Shown piece by piece: positions 45,301 through 57,700 of a DNA stretch of 64,000 bases; the stretch's first letter is position 1, and each line of letters opens with the position of its first letter. Both the position numbers and the translations under genes were made by a program. Source of the DNA: Caecitellus pseudoparvulus (Eukaryota > Protista > Bigyra: Bicosoecida). The stretch covers positions 496,001 through 560,000 of the forward strand of contig CBFFRQ010000057.1 of the NCBI GenBank assembly GCA_965644315.1, written 5' to 3'. Under the pieces are notes generated by a model, which saw only the letters and a program-made list of their open reading frames with translations, was not told the origin of the DNA and searched no databases.

Positions 45301-45499
45301 GTGAAAGAACCCCCTCAGGCTGCAAGCCCTCAAGGTCCATGCCCGCCGCTGTTGTGCTAAGGACTGGCCTTTCAAACACCTCCTCCGACTCTTCAGAGGC
45401 GGTCAGCCGCTGGTGCTGCTCCCCTGCACCTGCCCTCGCTGCCAGGGCCAGCAACAGGACACAGGCGGCAGCAAGGCTGAAACGCCATGTCGCGGCCAT
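42359..45499 (-). CDS. CPA2-family K+/H+ antiporter (KEA4-6/TMCO3-like) with signal peptide, Cys-rich lumenal module and coiled coil
   Basis: DPAMLHYDIVLLQDI, G...GP.G, VAQFGVVF.LF..G, LSLSSPAV, LAVQD, GLSLEMGAFVAG, FLASVG, AQMAEF. Confidence 0.9.
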   Translation of the reverse strand: MAATWRFSLAAACVLLLALAARAGAGEQHQRLTASEESEEVFERPVLSTTAAGMDLEGLQPEGVLSHPGATPPPSPLTGGAGVPADYASEEVDHTEVVNATAQQPESGAGDGGVAWEKAAVDVQAELQALLAENAAELRKDNETLALAGDNEVEEEQSSVSQAAVMAKLKQAAAADIVRVEGGSAAESGGSSGGGAGSGPEQPPGQAPRPALVHVRSHVGEDCAAACHRVGEGDLACDEDGFPEVNECAMLNAAFGCGGDSKCLAMEGGEKPAAVLLPGEAAPVCFLAADSFHGRARTACEEASPLAQRLCPCAVHSRLANANAMLKHALQHNMRQKVAEQDRVAALAGAVGQLIQRFNGTAATLAATQAHLAKLQAIDAAEAEIADIMKSLQQRKVDYETGMVTLKDGSKMSSGEAMQRLKQLHDQARAGHAQWGDGEHSVGKGQGAGPPERPAEGALGGPPAGGDAADGGRQGAPVAGPDAEAPLLPDPAMLHYDIVLLQDIGVLMCVAALGGLAFSALHLPPGFGFLVMGMAVGPNGFNILHSTPAVSSVAQFGVVFPLFRNGMLFGSKFKNTVATTRAAVQASVLLMLAFTAVTMAGGALTGLTAGPSEGLLVGLALSLSSPAVAIGNLQLAGALSSQGGQVSLAMLAVQDLIMGFLLSMPNAWAAAEVRSGTHEAPGSAWSLSSALGISDMDGALLAAWSLLQSGIAFAALVALVQLLSRGALQRGAATAWASLAARLPCVGRQRCCSGLHMPLQGSPEEGSGESSADIFLLGLVSSCLVGALTTQLMGLSLEMGAFVAGLALASAAPYPIPTLTAAVTPLSGLFGAMFLASVGLVLSPTFMLRHAWVLLAALAFLLAAKAGLLYIILRAFRLQATTAATAAVAMAQMAEFGLAFTGKAHAMGMLSRKVYLLVLTITVVGTLTSPLLVRLREQVVWLLHRLDSSAEEGSASAGGPGDLPRPKAQGAPDTRLWMGAELWGQSPALQDGSRPGTPQPPPPPPPESRHRALPGRASSDASQASDHVEPPEAEEGSQASHSTASE

Positions 45500-45793
45500 G
45501 TGGCAAGCCCACAACCAGCCCCAAACCTGCTCCCAACGCAATCAAGCCTTGGGCTATGTCCAGACCTGCGGCTTTGTGCTTGACTGCACAGCCGGCTTAA
45601 GGGCTGCTGCTCAATGCGGCACAGACCCTTCCAAGCAACGTGGCTAATGGTGGCCCTAATTCCGCAGCTTCGCGTCACTGCGCAGCGGCTCCACACTGCG
45701 TGTGCGGTGACAGCAAGGAGCCTATGGTGTGCGCTGAAGATAATTGCGGTGGATTGAATTGCCTGCATGTGATGCATGCGCACGGCATTGCCC

Positions 45794-48700
45794 TCACAGC
45801 TTGCTGGCTCCAAACACACGCACACTGGCGATGCGCGCCGTCGCTGCCATGCCAGGGGGCGCCTGCTGAATGCGGGCCAAGGCAGCGGGGTCTGTCGGGG
45901 ACAGCATGTGGTTCACACGGTGCTCCACGCGGCACCCCATGCAGCAGCTGAAGAGGTAGCTGCGGCACTGTGCAGTGAGGGAGCCTTGCCGCACACGCTC
46001 AGCCACGCCCCGCTGCGGCTGCAGGCTGCGCGGCGTCACAGCCCCGAAGGGCACCCCACAGCACATGCACGACAGCGTGGACAGCAGGGGGGTTCCACGA
46101 GCAGCCAAGATGAGGGCGGGGTCCCCACGCTGCGCAGCCCCTCGCAGCCGCCAAGGCAGGCAGCACGCCAGCGCCGAGGGGCAGTGCAGCACGATGCACG
46201 AGGCGAAGGACCTGCGCAGGGCCACGGCACACAGGCCGGCGGGGAAGTAGCAGGGGGGGGGCAGGGAGGACCGCTGCAGGTACCGCCAAAGCATCTCGAT
46301 GCGGTAGACGTTCCACGCGCCACGCGACGTGTCCCGGGCGGTTTGGTAGCTGTCCCCCAACACGGCGATGAGGATGTTGAGGAGGATGATGAGGGCGACG
46401 ATGAGGTACAGGGCCATCATGGACACGCCGAGGGTGACGAGGGGCTGCACAGTGGCCTGCCCCGAGTCCACTGCGAAGTCCACGGGCAGCTCCCAGTCCC
46501 CGAACACGCTCCAGAGCAGTGCGGAAATGTCCCCCACCGAGCTGTTGCCGAAGGGTGACACGACGTAGATGGAGATGAGGGGGATGATGAAGGACGCCAC
46601 CACCAGAGCGAACAGCAGCAGGAAAATGAACACGTCCACCATGGAGAACGCTGCACCGTTGGCGATGGTGAAGACGCGCGGGCCCAAGTATGCGCCTGTG
46701 CTCAGGTACTCCAGCAGCAGCGGGTACGAGATGAAGGCGAGGATGATGAGGGTGCCATACGCGAGGATGTCCGTCAAGTAGCCCAAGCACTCCGAGCCGG
46801 TTGTGCGGGACATCCAGGCGACCACCTGGCAAACAGCTGCCAGGGCTGTTAGGGCGTACTTCAACATGTTGGCCTTGGCCAGCAGGAGGCGAAACCGCCC
46901 CGCACCGCCGCCCACTAAATCGGACAGGGCGGCAGACAGCGACCACCAGAACAGCAGCACGCGCAGTCCGATGGAGAGGTCCAAGGAAATGCGATTCGTG
47001 AGGTGCGGCTCGTAGCTGTGCGCCCCTGCCACAGTGCTGCCTCCACTATTGTCGTCGCACGTGAGCATGTCCCGCAAAACGCCTGGCTCTGACGCACAGC
47101 AGGCGTCGTGGTTGGCGAACCCGCCCTCGCTCGTCAGCAGCACAGCTGAGTGCAGGGCTGCGAAGGCGAGTTCGGACATGCCGTACATGGCATGTTTCAC
47201 GGCGGGCGGGAGCAGCGGCGGGGTCGCGGGGCCGTACGCAGCTGTTGACGGGTCCAGCAAGGGCGCTGCCTCCAGGCCTGTGCCGTCGTCGTCGTCGCCA
47301 CCACCCTCCGCCGCAGCCTCCTCTGCTGCCTCCAAAACAGCATCCTCCTCTTCGTCGCTGTCTGAATGCAGCCGGCGCTGGGTGCTGCCCCTCCCGGCCG
47401 CTCCCAGTCGGGACCTGGCGATGACAGAAGCGCTTCGCGTTCCACTGGGTGCTCCAGGCTCCAGCACAGCTTGATGGCGCTCCAGGGCCACGCCAGCTGC
47501 GCCCCCCTCCATATACGCCCGGCTCCAGACATCTTCCGAGACACTGGAGAGCCCGGTGCTGCCTAGCAGGGGGGGCGGCAAACTGCCTGGGTGTGTGCCA
47601 GACAGGGCCGCGGACTGCTGCGACTGGTGAGTCCCCAGGGACGGCCCGTGGAGAGGGGAAAAGCCAGGGGACATCTCCGTGCTAGAGGGGGGCGGCGGGC
47701 GCAGGGGGGAACCAGCGGTGGCAGTTTGGGCGCGCAGGGGAAGGGGGCCCGTGGGGGGCGACACCAGTGGACTGCCCTCCTCACCTTCCCCACGCGCGGC
47801 GTCCCCTGCCGCTTGCCCGCCGCCCTCCTCCCCCTCCCCCTCCTCCTCCTCCTCCTCTACGTCAACCAGGCCCACGAGGCCTGAGAAGGTGCCTGTGCGC
47901 GTGAAGGGTGCTGGCTTGGCCTCCCGCGCCGCCTGCTCCAGGTCGGCGAAGGCTGCCTGCTCCAGGCGCTTCAGGCGCCGAGCCAGGGCGTGCATGCTGG
48001 GGCGGGCCTCGGGGTCCAGGGCCCAGCAGGACGCGATCAAAGATCGCAAGCCAGGCGGGGTGTCCTTGGGCAGGCGGGACTCCAGGGTCATGCCTTCGGC
48101 CACGCTCAGCTTCACCAGCGCCTCGCTGTCGCCACGCCACGGGAGCTGCCCGCCGGTACACATCTCCCACAGCAGCACGCCAAAGGCGTACACGTCAGAG
48201 GCGCGGCTGACCTGCCGGGCTGCGCCCAGTGTCTCCGGGGCACCCCATCGCACCCTGGGCTCCGACGAGGACGGCAAGGTGACGAACTGCAGCGGCTCCA
48301 CACCGGGGCTTGCAGCGGTGCCGCCCAGGGCAAGGGTGGAGTCACTGCGGGCCAGGCGCCGGGTGGGCTTGCCCTCGTTGGTGCCGCTGGGCTGCACCAG
48401 CACGGCGTTGCCCAGGTTCGCCACACAGGCATGCAGGACGGGGCGTGGCGGCAGGCTGGGCGCGTCTGCCCCTGTCTCGCTGCGGGTGCTGTCGGAGCGC
48501 ACGCCCCGTGAGAGGTCAAGCACAGAGTGCCGGCGCACCTTCGCTGCCAAGTGCCCGTGGGCCGTGGCGTCGCCGCCCTGGCTGCTGCCCAGGCCCTGGT
48601 GTTCATCCCAACTGTCGGAACACCGCAGCAGGACATTCGCGCTGCACAGGTCGCAGTGCAGGACGCCGGCATCGTGCAGCACCGCGACGGCGTGTGCGAC

Positions 48701-51700
48701 CTGCCGTCCCAGTCGCATGACGTCGATGAAGGTCCACAGCGGGGCATACGCCACCGCTGCCGCGGCGGCGGGCAGGGTCATGGCGGTGCCGGACGCGAGC
48801 ACTGCCTGCGCTGCCGCCATGTCTGCAGCCGGGATGTCCTGCTGCATGTCTGGCGCCTCCCACCGTACGCCTGCCCACTGCAGGGGCGGGGAGGGCTCAT
48901 GCTGCAGGGCCCGGGCCTTGTGCAAGGAGGCTAGGAAGCGGTCCAGGTTGCCGAGGGGGTAATACCCCATGAGGATGCCTGCCACGCGCACTGCCACCGT
49001 GCGGCCGATGGTAAGCACGCCGCGCTCCTTGGCTGTCTGCAGCGCCTCGCTGGACACCTCGCGCTCTGCCTCCAGCTCCTGACTGGACTGAGCAGCCAGC
49101 GTGGCGCTGCCACGCCGGGAATGCACGGGGGAACGCACCGAGGGCAGGTCCCGCACTGGAGCTGTGATGACGCTGTACACGCGGACGAGCGTGGGGGGCA
49201 GCACACGCAGCAGCTCTTGCATGTTGCCCAGCACGTTCTGCCCACTGCTGTACAGGCGGGCTACGGCGTGCGTGTCCAGCATGTCCCCTCCATCCTCGGC
49301 CCTCTGCGTGGCCAAGGGCGGGGCAGGGGGGGGTGCAGTGGGCGGAGGCGGGGGCGCACCCCGCGCCACGCCCGCAGACTCCGCCGCCTCGCCCCCCTCC
49401 TGCACCGTGTCCAGGGTGCCCCGCATGTGCAGCGACGCTGCCAGGGCGCTCACACCCTTGCGCCACCGAGCACGAGAGCGCGCACGGGAGCGCAGCAGTG
49501 CCCACACCAGCAGACGCGTCCAAGCAGCAAGCTCCGTGACCAGGCTCTGCTCACCAGCCACACGATCCCTGTGCGTACCGCGCCGCAGCTGCAGCGCCGC
49601 CATGGCACCCTGGGCCTCTCCGCCCGCCACGGCTGAGCCGGGGAGCAGGGGGGACAGCGCCGTCCACCACGCAGGCACTGTTCGAAGCATGAACAGGTCC
49701 GAGTGACTGCCCATGGCTGCTTGCTGAGCCCACCCGGGCAGCTGCCCGTCCGCCGTGGCCCACCGAGGGTGAGCCCGCAGCAGCATGGCCTGCGGCGTGA
49801 CAGTGACGGCACGCCCCACCCCGCACAGCGTCAGGTCCAGCTGGGGCAGCACCATCAGCGCCAACTCCTGCGCTGCGGAGCTGAGCATGATGCCCCGCTG
49901 CCCGCTCACAGACCTGACGCCTGCCATGAGCGTGTCGCCCTGTGGCTTGCCGGCGTCGGGGTCCACGAGGCCCTCGCCCTCCCCAAACAGGGCCGCCACC
50001 CGCGCCCGCACTTTGGCCTGCCGAGTCACCTCCATGCGCAACTCGAAGCCCGGGCGCCGGTCTGCTGCAGGGCGGTGCAGGCTGCTCGAAATGCCACTAG
50101 CGTGGGACAGGGCACTGCTGGCGCCGGCGCCCTCTGGTCCCACGGAAGCCTCCTCCGCGAGATCGGACGCCACGCCCCATCGGGAAGAAGTGCTGCTGCT
50201 GACGGAACTGAAGGCGACAGAGGCGCCCTCATCATGCACCTCGTCAGTGGTCTCCACCGGCAGGGCGATGGCCGGGGCCGGCCGCTGCCGCTGCTGCCGC
50301 CGCGTGGCCTCCTTGCGCAAGGCTGCGAAGGCCTTGGCCTCAGGCGCGTTCCAACGCCGCAGCGCTTCCATGGCCCCCAGCAGGCGGGCCCAGTGGATGG
50401 GTGAGATGCTGGCTTCTTGCCTGTCTCGCTCGCGCAGCGCAAACACGTCCAGCGTCGAGCGCACGCCCAGTCCAGCCAAGTTGCGCGTGATGGCTTGTAG
50501 ACGGAAGCGCTGCAGGAACATGGTCAAGTCCGCCAGGGGCCAGCCACCCCCTGCGTCCCTGCTCGCACTTGCATGAAGTGTGGAGGCGCGCAGCTTGGCG
50601 CGCAGCGCTTGCATGCGCGCCCGGCGTGCGGCGCCCAGCTGTAGACGCACCACGCCTTGCACTGCCAGGATCCCCGCTGCCCCCGGCCGGGATAAGCGGC
50701 TGCGAGACGAGGCACCCAAGGACGACCCAACGGTGCTCGAGCGGCCTGCCAAGCGCAGCATGCGAGAAGACAGTCCGGGCGGTGGCGCGGCCTGCGCTGT
50801 GGGGCGCGGTGGCGCGGCACACCACCAACCTCGTGCCGCGGAGGCCTTGCTGAGCTGTGCCCCGGCCTTGGCCTGTCGGGAGGAGTTGAGCCATGCAGAG
50901 AGAAGCGTAGCCTGGGCCTCGCCGTGCAGCCACACGCCGCTGTTCCAGACGTTGCTGATGAGCAGTTGCACGACGTCCAGTGCCAGGAAGCGGCGGCAGC
51001 CTGCTCGAACGGCCAGCTTCAGCATGTTCTTGTGGGTGCCTGAGAACGACAAGCCTGGCAGCTGCAACGCCCAGCCCAGCACATCTCGCGCGTACAGCGG
51101 GTCGAACGGCGTGAACAGGAACGTGCGAGTGATGTTTGTGTGGTACGGTGCCAGCAGCACCGCCAAGGCGGCATCCACAATGGCCCACGCAGGCTCAGCG
51201 GGCGTGAGGAGCCACATGGCAGCTTGCGCCTTCTCCTTCTCCGTCCAGTGAATGCTGACGCTCTCGTCGTGCACCGCGGTGAGCAGCTTGATGGCGAGGC
51301 TCTCGAACACCTCCCCCTGCTGCTGCAGCTCCTCAACGTCGTTCAACACGGACGTCTGCGACAGGGATCCCTGGTCTGCCAAGCGCCGCAGCACGAGCGT
51401 CACCAGCAGAGCCGTGCGCAGGGGCTGCGTCGTGTGGCTCAACAGGGCGATGGCGACGCGGAACTTGCCGTTCACGGCGGCCCACACGATGCGCAGGACG
51501 CGAAGCGCCTCTTGGCACTCAGCAAGCCATCGAGGCTTCTGATGAATCGTGATGCCTGCCGCTGCTCGCGCGTCCTGCAGCGCTTCCTGCCCTGCGACGC
51601 CCGCTGGCGTAGGGGGGCCGCCATGACCCATGGAGTCTTGACTCGTGACGTGCATCAAGTTCCTGGAGCTGGCGGTGTGGGCCACAGCCGCGGCGACGGC

Positions 51701-54700
51701 TTCCGGCGCGGGCGTGGCTGTGGCTGTCGCGGATGGCGCGCCCAGCTCCTCTGCCCTGCGCCGGGCGGCATCCACTTCAGCCTCCAACATGAGCGTCCTA
51801 CCGTCAAAGAACCGGACAAACGCCGTGTACCAGTGCAGCAGCCGCTCCGTCACGAGGCGTGTGGAGGCGTGGGCAGTGGGCAGCACGAAGCGCCGGCCGT
51901 GGTGCTGGGAGCTCGCTGAGCGAGCCGAGGTCAGGCGCAGCGCAGTCGTGTCGAGCGCGTTGCACACTTGCCGGGACAGCAAGTGGAAGGGGTGGGGGTC
52001 CTCCAGCAGCCCGTTCTTCAGCAGGATGTTCACCAGCACCGGGTCGTCCTCCAACCACGCGAAGCTGAGAACGTCAGCCAGCACGACCCGCTCAGACTTG
52101 GGCATGGGCCGCCGCCGTGCCCGCCGTCGCTGGGACAGCACCTCATGGATGAGCGTGTCGCAGTCCCACAGCGCGGACATCTTCAGCCACTCGCGGCCCT
52201 GGCCCTCGTGCAGCGGCTGCCCTGGGCTGGGCGCCAGGCGCCGCAGAATGGACGTGCGCAGGCGAATGGCCGAGGCTGGCGTGTGCGGCACAAAGGAAGC
52301 CTCCACTGCCGCTGCCCCCCCCTCGCCCTTCGCTTCATGCTGCCCGGCGCCCAGCTCGCGCTCCAACGCCAGGAGGCGCTGCGTGCTTTGATCACGGGAC
52401 AGGGATACACCCACCTCCTGCTGAGACTCCAGGTCTGCCTCCAGCCGCCCCACCCTTGCCTGGGCCGCCTGGGCGGTGGGGGCTTTCGGCCTGTTTGAGG
52501 CAGCTTCGTCGGCGCCCAGGAGCTGCAGCACTGCAGGCGCAGGCACGGCTGACGTACCTTGGCGAGAGCCGTACTCAGCCTGCTGAATACGCTCGATGAC
52601 GATGACGCGGCCGACACGCCCCGTGCCCCCACCCGCGCTGGGCGTGCTGCTGTGCAGCAGCCGGACAGCCGCCCGCCCCCACACACCCTGTGACACGCTC
52701 ATACCGGAGTGCGTGCTGGTCAGGCCGCCTCCCCATGCAGCGTTGCTGCCTTGCTGCAAGAAACAGTTGCGCCAGGCGCCATGCCAGACCTCCCCCAAGG
52801 CGCATGACCGCGCACCGCCAGCAGTGGCGAAGCCCGCCTGCACCACAGCCCGCGCCTTGCCCCAGCACTGTGCCATGATGCTGCCGTACTGCGCCAGTAC
52901 CGCGGCATACGTCATGGGCTGCCTCCTGAGCAGCGTGCGTGCCACAAGCCACGCCAGCTTGCAGAATGCGGAGCGGCGCAGAGGAAACAGCGGGTTGGCG
53001 TTGCTGGGGTCTGCCGCACACGCCTGCTGCCACAGGCAGTCCACCAGGATGGGCGGGAAGGTCTCGCTTGGCAGCAGCCACTGGCTGCTCAGAGAGTCCT
53101 GCGACAGCTGCTCCGGCGGCAAGGTCAAGCCGGCGCTGGGCGCCGCCCAAGCAAGCGATGCCGGCACCCCCGGCAAAGGCGTGCGGGCCGCCACCTCCCG
53201 AACAGCCAGCAGAGCCTCGTCCACAGCCAAGCAGGGTGTGGGCAGCTTCGCCAGGGCTTCGGCGCCCTGCCGTGCTGCGGCAAAGGCAGCCACGTGCGCC
53301 GCCGCCCGAGCCCTGCCTGGCGGACCAGCCACGGGCCCGGAGGTCGCTGCGCCTGGCGCATTCCCAGCGTCGTACGCAAGCGACGCCGACACGCCTTCCT
53401 TGACGTACTGAAGCAGCTTTCGCACGAGGGAGCGGGCAGAGGGAGCAAAGGCCACCGAGCCAGAGTACCGGGCCTGGGCCAGAAGGGCACTCCGCTCCAG
53501 GGACAGATCAGCGAGGGTGCTGGCCAGGCCGAAGGTGGCGTTGGCGTAGGCGAGGGCCATGCCGCCTGCTGAGCGTGAGGAGGAATTGCCCATAGCGTCC
53601 AGGTTCTCCCCCCGCGTGTGTGTACCCAGCAGGACAGTGGGACTGCTGGTCATGAGGGAGCCGTTGGCAGACTCCCCAAGGACGGCAGCAGTGTTGCTCC
53701 AGGCGGCTGACGTGCGGGCGACGGCGTCCGAGTACACCGCATCTGCCGCCTCTTCTGAAGCAGACAAGACGTGCTGTGCGCCGCCTCCCACGTGGCTCAG
53801 GGTGGCCGGTCCGACGGCTTCCATGATCAGGCGCCCGTCACGGTCATCGGCGCTGAAGCCGGGGCTCAGCTGCTGGTACGACGTCAGCTGGCTGCTGTGG
53901 TACAGCATGACCAAGTCTGTGAGGTCCCCCCCAATGACAAATCGCACTGCCGCATGCAGGGGCATGATCATCTCAAAGCTCCGGCGGAAGGCAGCAGCCA
54001 CACTGGCGTCGTGCGCAAGCACGGGGGAGTGCCGAGGCAGCGCCAAGTCCCCTGCCGTCACCGGCGCCAAGTATCCCTCGTCCGTCTCTTCTGACGGCTG
54101 CACGTCATCAGACGACAAGTGGACGGCGGCATCCATGACACCCCCTCCGCCCGCATCTGCTCCAAAGGCGCCAATGAGGTGGTCGCCAGAAGCGTCCGGC
54201 GTCGGCGAGGCGTCACCTTCCTCCGGGGTGTCATCCCCCACAGCAGCGCTGTCCAGCCCGTCTCGGCGATTCTGGAAGCCCAGGAGGTGCGCCACCGTGG
54301 GCACATCCACCGCCACATTGGACGAGCCAAATGGGTGCTGGTTGTCCTCGCCAGACGAAAACGTAGAACCCAGGTCGTCAGCGGAGTCGGGGCCGGGTCC
54401 GCCTGAGGGACGGCGGACCCGGCGTCCGGAGCCTGTCATGACCGCCGACGGCCGAATAGGGGTGCCTGGCGTGTCCTCTTCGTCAACAAAGATGAACAGG
54501 GAATGCGTCGTGTCCAGCCCGCTCTCTGTGGGTGTCCAGCATTGAGCAGACAGCCCACCTGAGCTGCCACCGCCGGGTCCGCGGCCATCAGCAGCCTGGC
54601 CCAGGGATGCTGTCAGGGCAGCCAGCACGGAGCGCTGCGTGTCAGGGGGCATGGGGGCGAACCAGTGCGTTGGCAGGGCGGCCATGCGGTCGAGCGGCGG

Positions 54701-57700
54701 CGTGTTGGTCATGCCGATGACTGGCCGAGGGCGGCTGCTCTGAGCATTGACCTGCGCGACGAAGCCATCAGCCCCCTCCGCTGACCCATCCGTGATGATC
54801 CAGGCCTTGCCATCTCCAGCTGCCGCCGCTACCTCCCGGACCAGGTCACGCGTGGCAGAGCCAAGGCGCCCAGCGCGTTGGTCCTGGCTGTCCACCACAC
54901 TGATGAGGGTGCTGGGCACGTCCATGCCAAACAGTGGGGACAACTTGGACTTGCCGTGGCCGAGAGGCATGCCTTGCGCGTCAGCCGCGTGGCTGGCCCC
55001 CCAGTCTGAGCCGATCAGCCACAGGAACAACTGCCTCACGTTGCACCGTGGCCCCACTCGCACAAACGGCACCCACGAGGTGATGAGCCCTGCCACAGTT
55101 GGGTCTGCCACGCCGCGCCGGCCGTCAGCGATGTGGCTGGCCCAGCCGTCTGCCAGGTGGCTGGAAGCCGACTGCAAGCTGTCGGAGATGAAGCTGTCAT
55201 CCAGGAAGGGGATGCGGCCCCAAGCCAGGACACCCGGAGGGGGCGGCGGCAGCGGGGGCAGCTCCACCGTGGACCCCTGGCCATCCGCATACCGCACCTT
55301 AGCACCGGCTGATGCTCGCAGGGCGTAACGGGGCAGGGGAAGACCTGTCCCAGCCTCCCCATGGTGGGGCGTCAGGTGCAGGGCGGTGCACACTGGGTCC
55401 TCCCGCAGCCTGCTGATGGTGGTCGCAGGCAGGGAGCCCGCCACTGCCTGCTTGCTGCGCAGGAGGCGCACTTGCTGCGCGTCTGCGGCATGCCGCCCCG
55501 TCAGCACGTGGGACACCCGCGCGCCGCGCTTGAACAAGAGGGAGGCGACCAGGTGTGGGAAGCATGGCAGCGGCACCGGGAGGGGCGTGCCCAGAGAAGC
55601 CTCGGGCACGGCCTTTAGTGCCCTTGCCACGAGGAGGGGCACGGGGCTGCCATCCACGGCTTGCCGACCGCCTGCATGAGCAAGGCGCTGCCTGCCGCCC
55701 CCTTCTCCTGGAAGGTGCGCAGGCAGCTGCAGCGTCACGGTGAACGGAGCACCCAAGGACACGCTCACCGCTGCGTCGTGGTGCAGTGCGATGCCCATGG
55801 GGTGGGCAGCAGTGTCCAGCAGCTCCATGGGGTCTGCCACGGCGTGGGCCTGCCCCCCATGCACAGCTGACACCAGGTCCTGCTCAAAGCCCCTAGCAGC
55901 AGCGGCGGTGTACACGTTGTCTGCAGAGGTGGCGAGGAAGGATAGCTGGCTGGCGTCAAAGCCAGAATCCAGGAGGAAGCGCAGCGTGCTGAGGCGGCTG
56001 GCGTGCTGCTTCTCCAGCTCGCCTTCCGCTCTGGTGGTTACTGGCACGACAAGGAAGGGCGACGGCTGCGTCGCTGCAGCAGGCTGCTCCGCTGACGTGG
56101 CTACCCGCGCGCCTGGCCCCCCCCTCCCTTTGCCCAGCGTCGCGACGAGGGAGTTCGTGACTTCCAGGAGCCGCCCCCACAGTGCTGACTGCACCCGGGT
56201 CGGCAGAAGGCTGCTCAGGATGCGGTGGAAGCGCACATCCGAAGGCAGTGGGCGGAAGACGACCAACTGCACCTGCACCTGCAGCGCCTCTTGCAGGGCC
56301 TGGGCCGCGTTGGGGGCTCCAGGCGGCGGCAGAGGGCTCATGGGGGTGATGACGGGGATAGCTTGGGGGGGGATGTCTGGGAACATGTCAACATCGTCCA
56401 GGGATGCCAAATACCGCGCGATGCCCCAGTTGCCCGTGCGGAAGGCAATGCTGAGGGCAGAGTCCCCGCTCACCGCCGACCGCACGTTCACGTTGGCACC
56501 CGCCACCTCCACCATGTAGCGTACGAGGGACACCGGCGCACCCCCTGCCATCCCACACACATGCATGAGGGCCGTCCAGTGCTCGGTGCTCGGACCCAGC
56601 AGCCCTGCTGCCTGCTGGTCCAGGCTGCGAAGTTGGTGTTCCAACAGGGCCAGAGGCGCTCCCACCTCGTCGGCAGCACTCTCAAGCCGTGCTGCAAAGG
56701 GTTGGCTCAGTCGCACGGCGATTTGACGGTGCACGGCCTTGGGGAAGAGGGGTTCGGATGGGTCCAGGCCGGCACCCCCCGGCACCCCAGCCGAGTGCGC
56801 GAACGCCTGGCAGCCCGCAGCCAGCAGCGCTCGAGCTGCTCGGATGCGAGCTGCCAGGACTGTCAGGGCATCACTCGGCTTTACTGCTGCGGTGGTGGGC
56901 TGGTGCAGGGGGGGGGCACCAACCTCCCCCTCGCCTGCCAACGCCAGCTCTGTCGCTGCCTCTCCCGGGGCAGGTGAGTGTACCAGCCACGACGCCAGCT
57001 CGGTGTGGGCACCAGTGGAGTCGTGCCCGACGGCCCCTTTGAAGCCCTCTAACAGCCGGCGCACCCGGCGCTGTGACGCCTTCTCCAGCGTCGCGTCCAT
57101 GCGCGCAGCCACTGTGCGGTTTGGGAGGGCCCCCGCCATTCCCTCGTCCAACAGCCCCTGCAGCTGCCCCAGCACCTCTGACGTGCTCACGAACTCCCAC
57201 GCGCTAAGCAATTGGTGCACGATGTCTTTGTGGCCGGAGCGGGCGGCGTGGTACAGAGGCCCCCGGCCATGAGAATCCTGGTGAGCCATACCGCTGCCCT
57301 TCCACGACAGGGGCACTCGCCCCCCAGCGCCGCCGCCGCCGCTGGTCTGCCGAGAGGGCGAGCCGGGCACCTCCGCGCTACTGGCGCCGCCGTCTTGGTC
57401 ATCTGCCGCCGCCACATACATGGTGTGCACGTCGGACGGGAAGAAATCTACTTGTGGGTCGGAGTACACATAGAAATCGAGCAGTTCCTGCACCGCCTCC
57501 TCGTGACCCCCCCTGCAAGCCGCGATGAGGGGGGTCTGCAGTCGCGGGGGCGTGTGGTCCGTCATGGGCGACGTGGCCATGTGGTTGGCTGTCAAGTACA
57601 ACCGTCTATACAGCAGGGGCAGCATGTCGTGCAGTGCGGCCGCATCCCCTGCCGCTGCAGCAGCAGTCATAGCGTTCACCGCTTGCTGCCTCAAGGCGGC

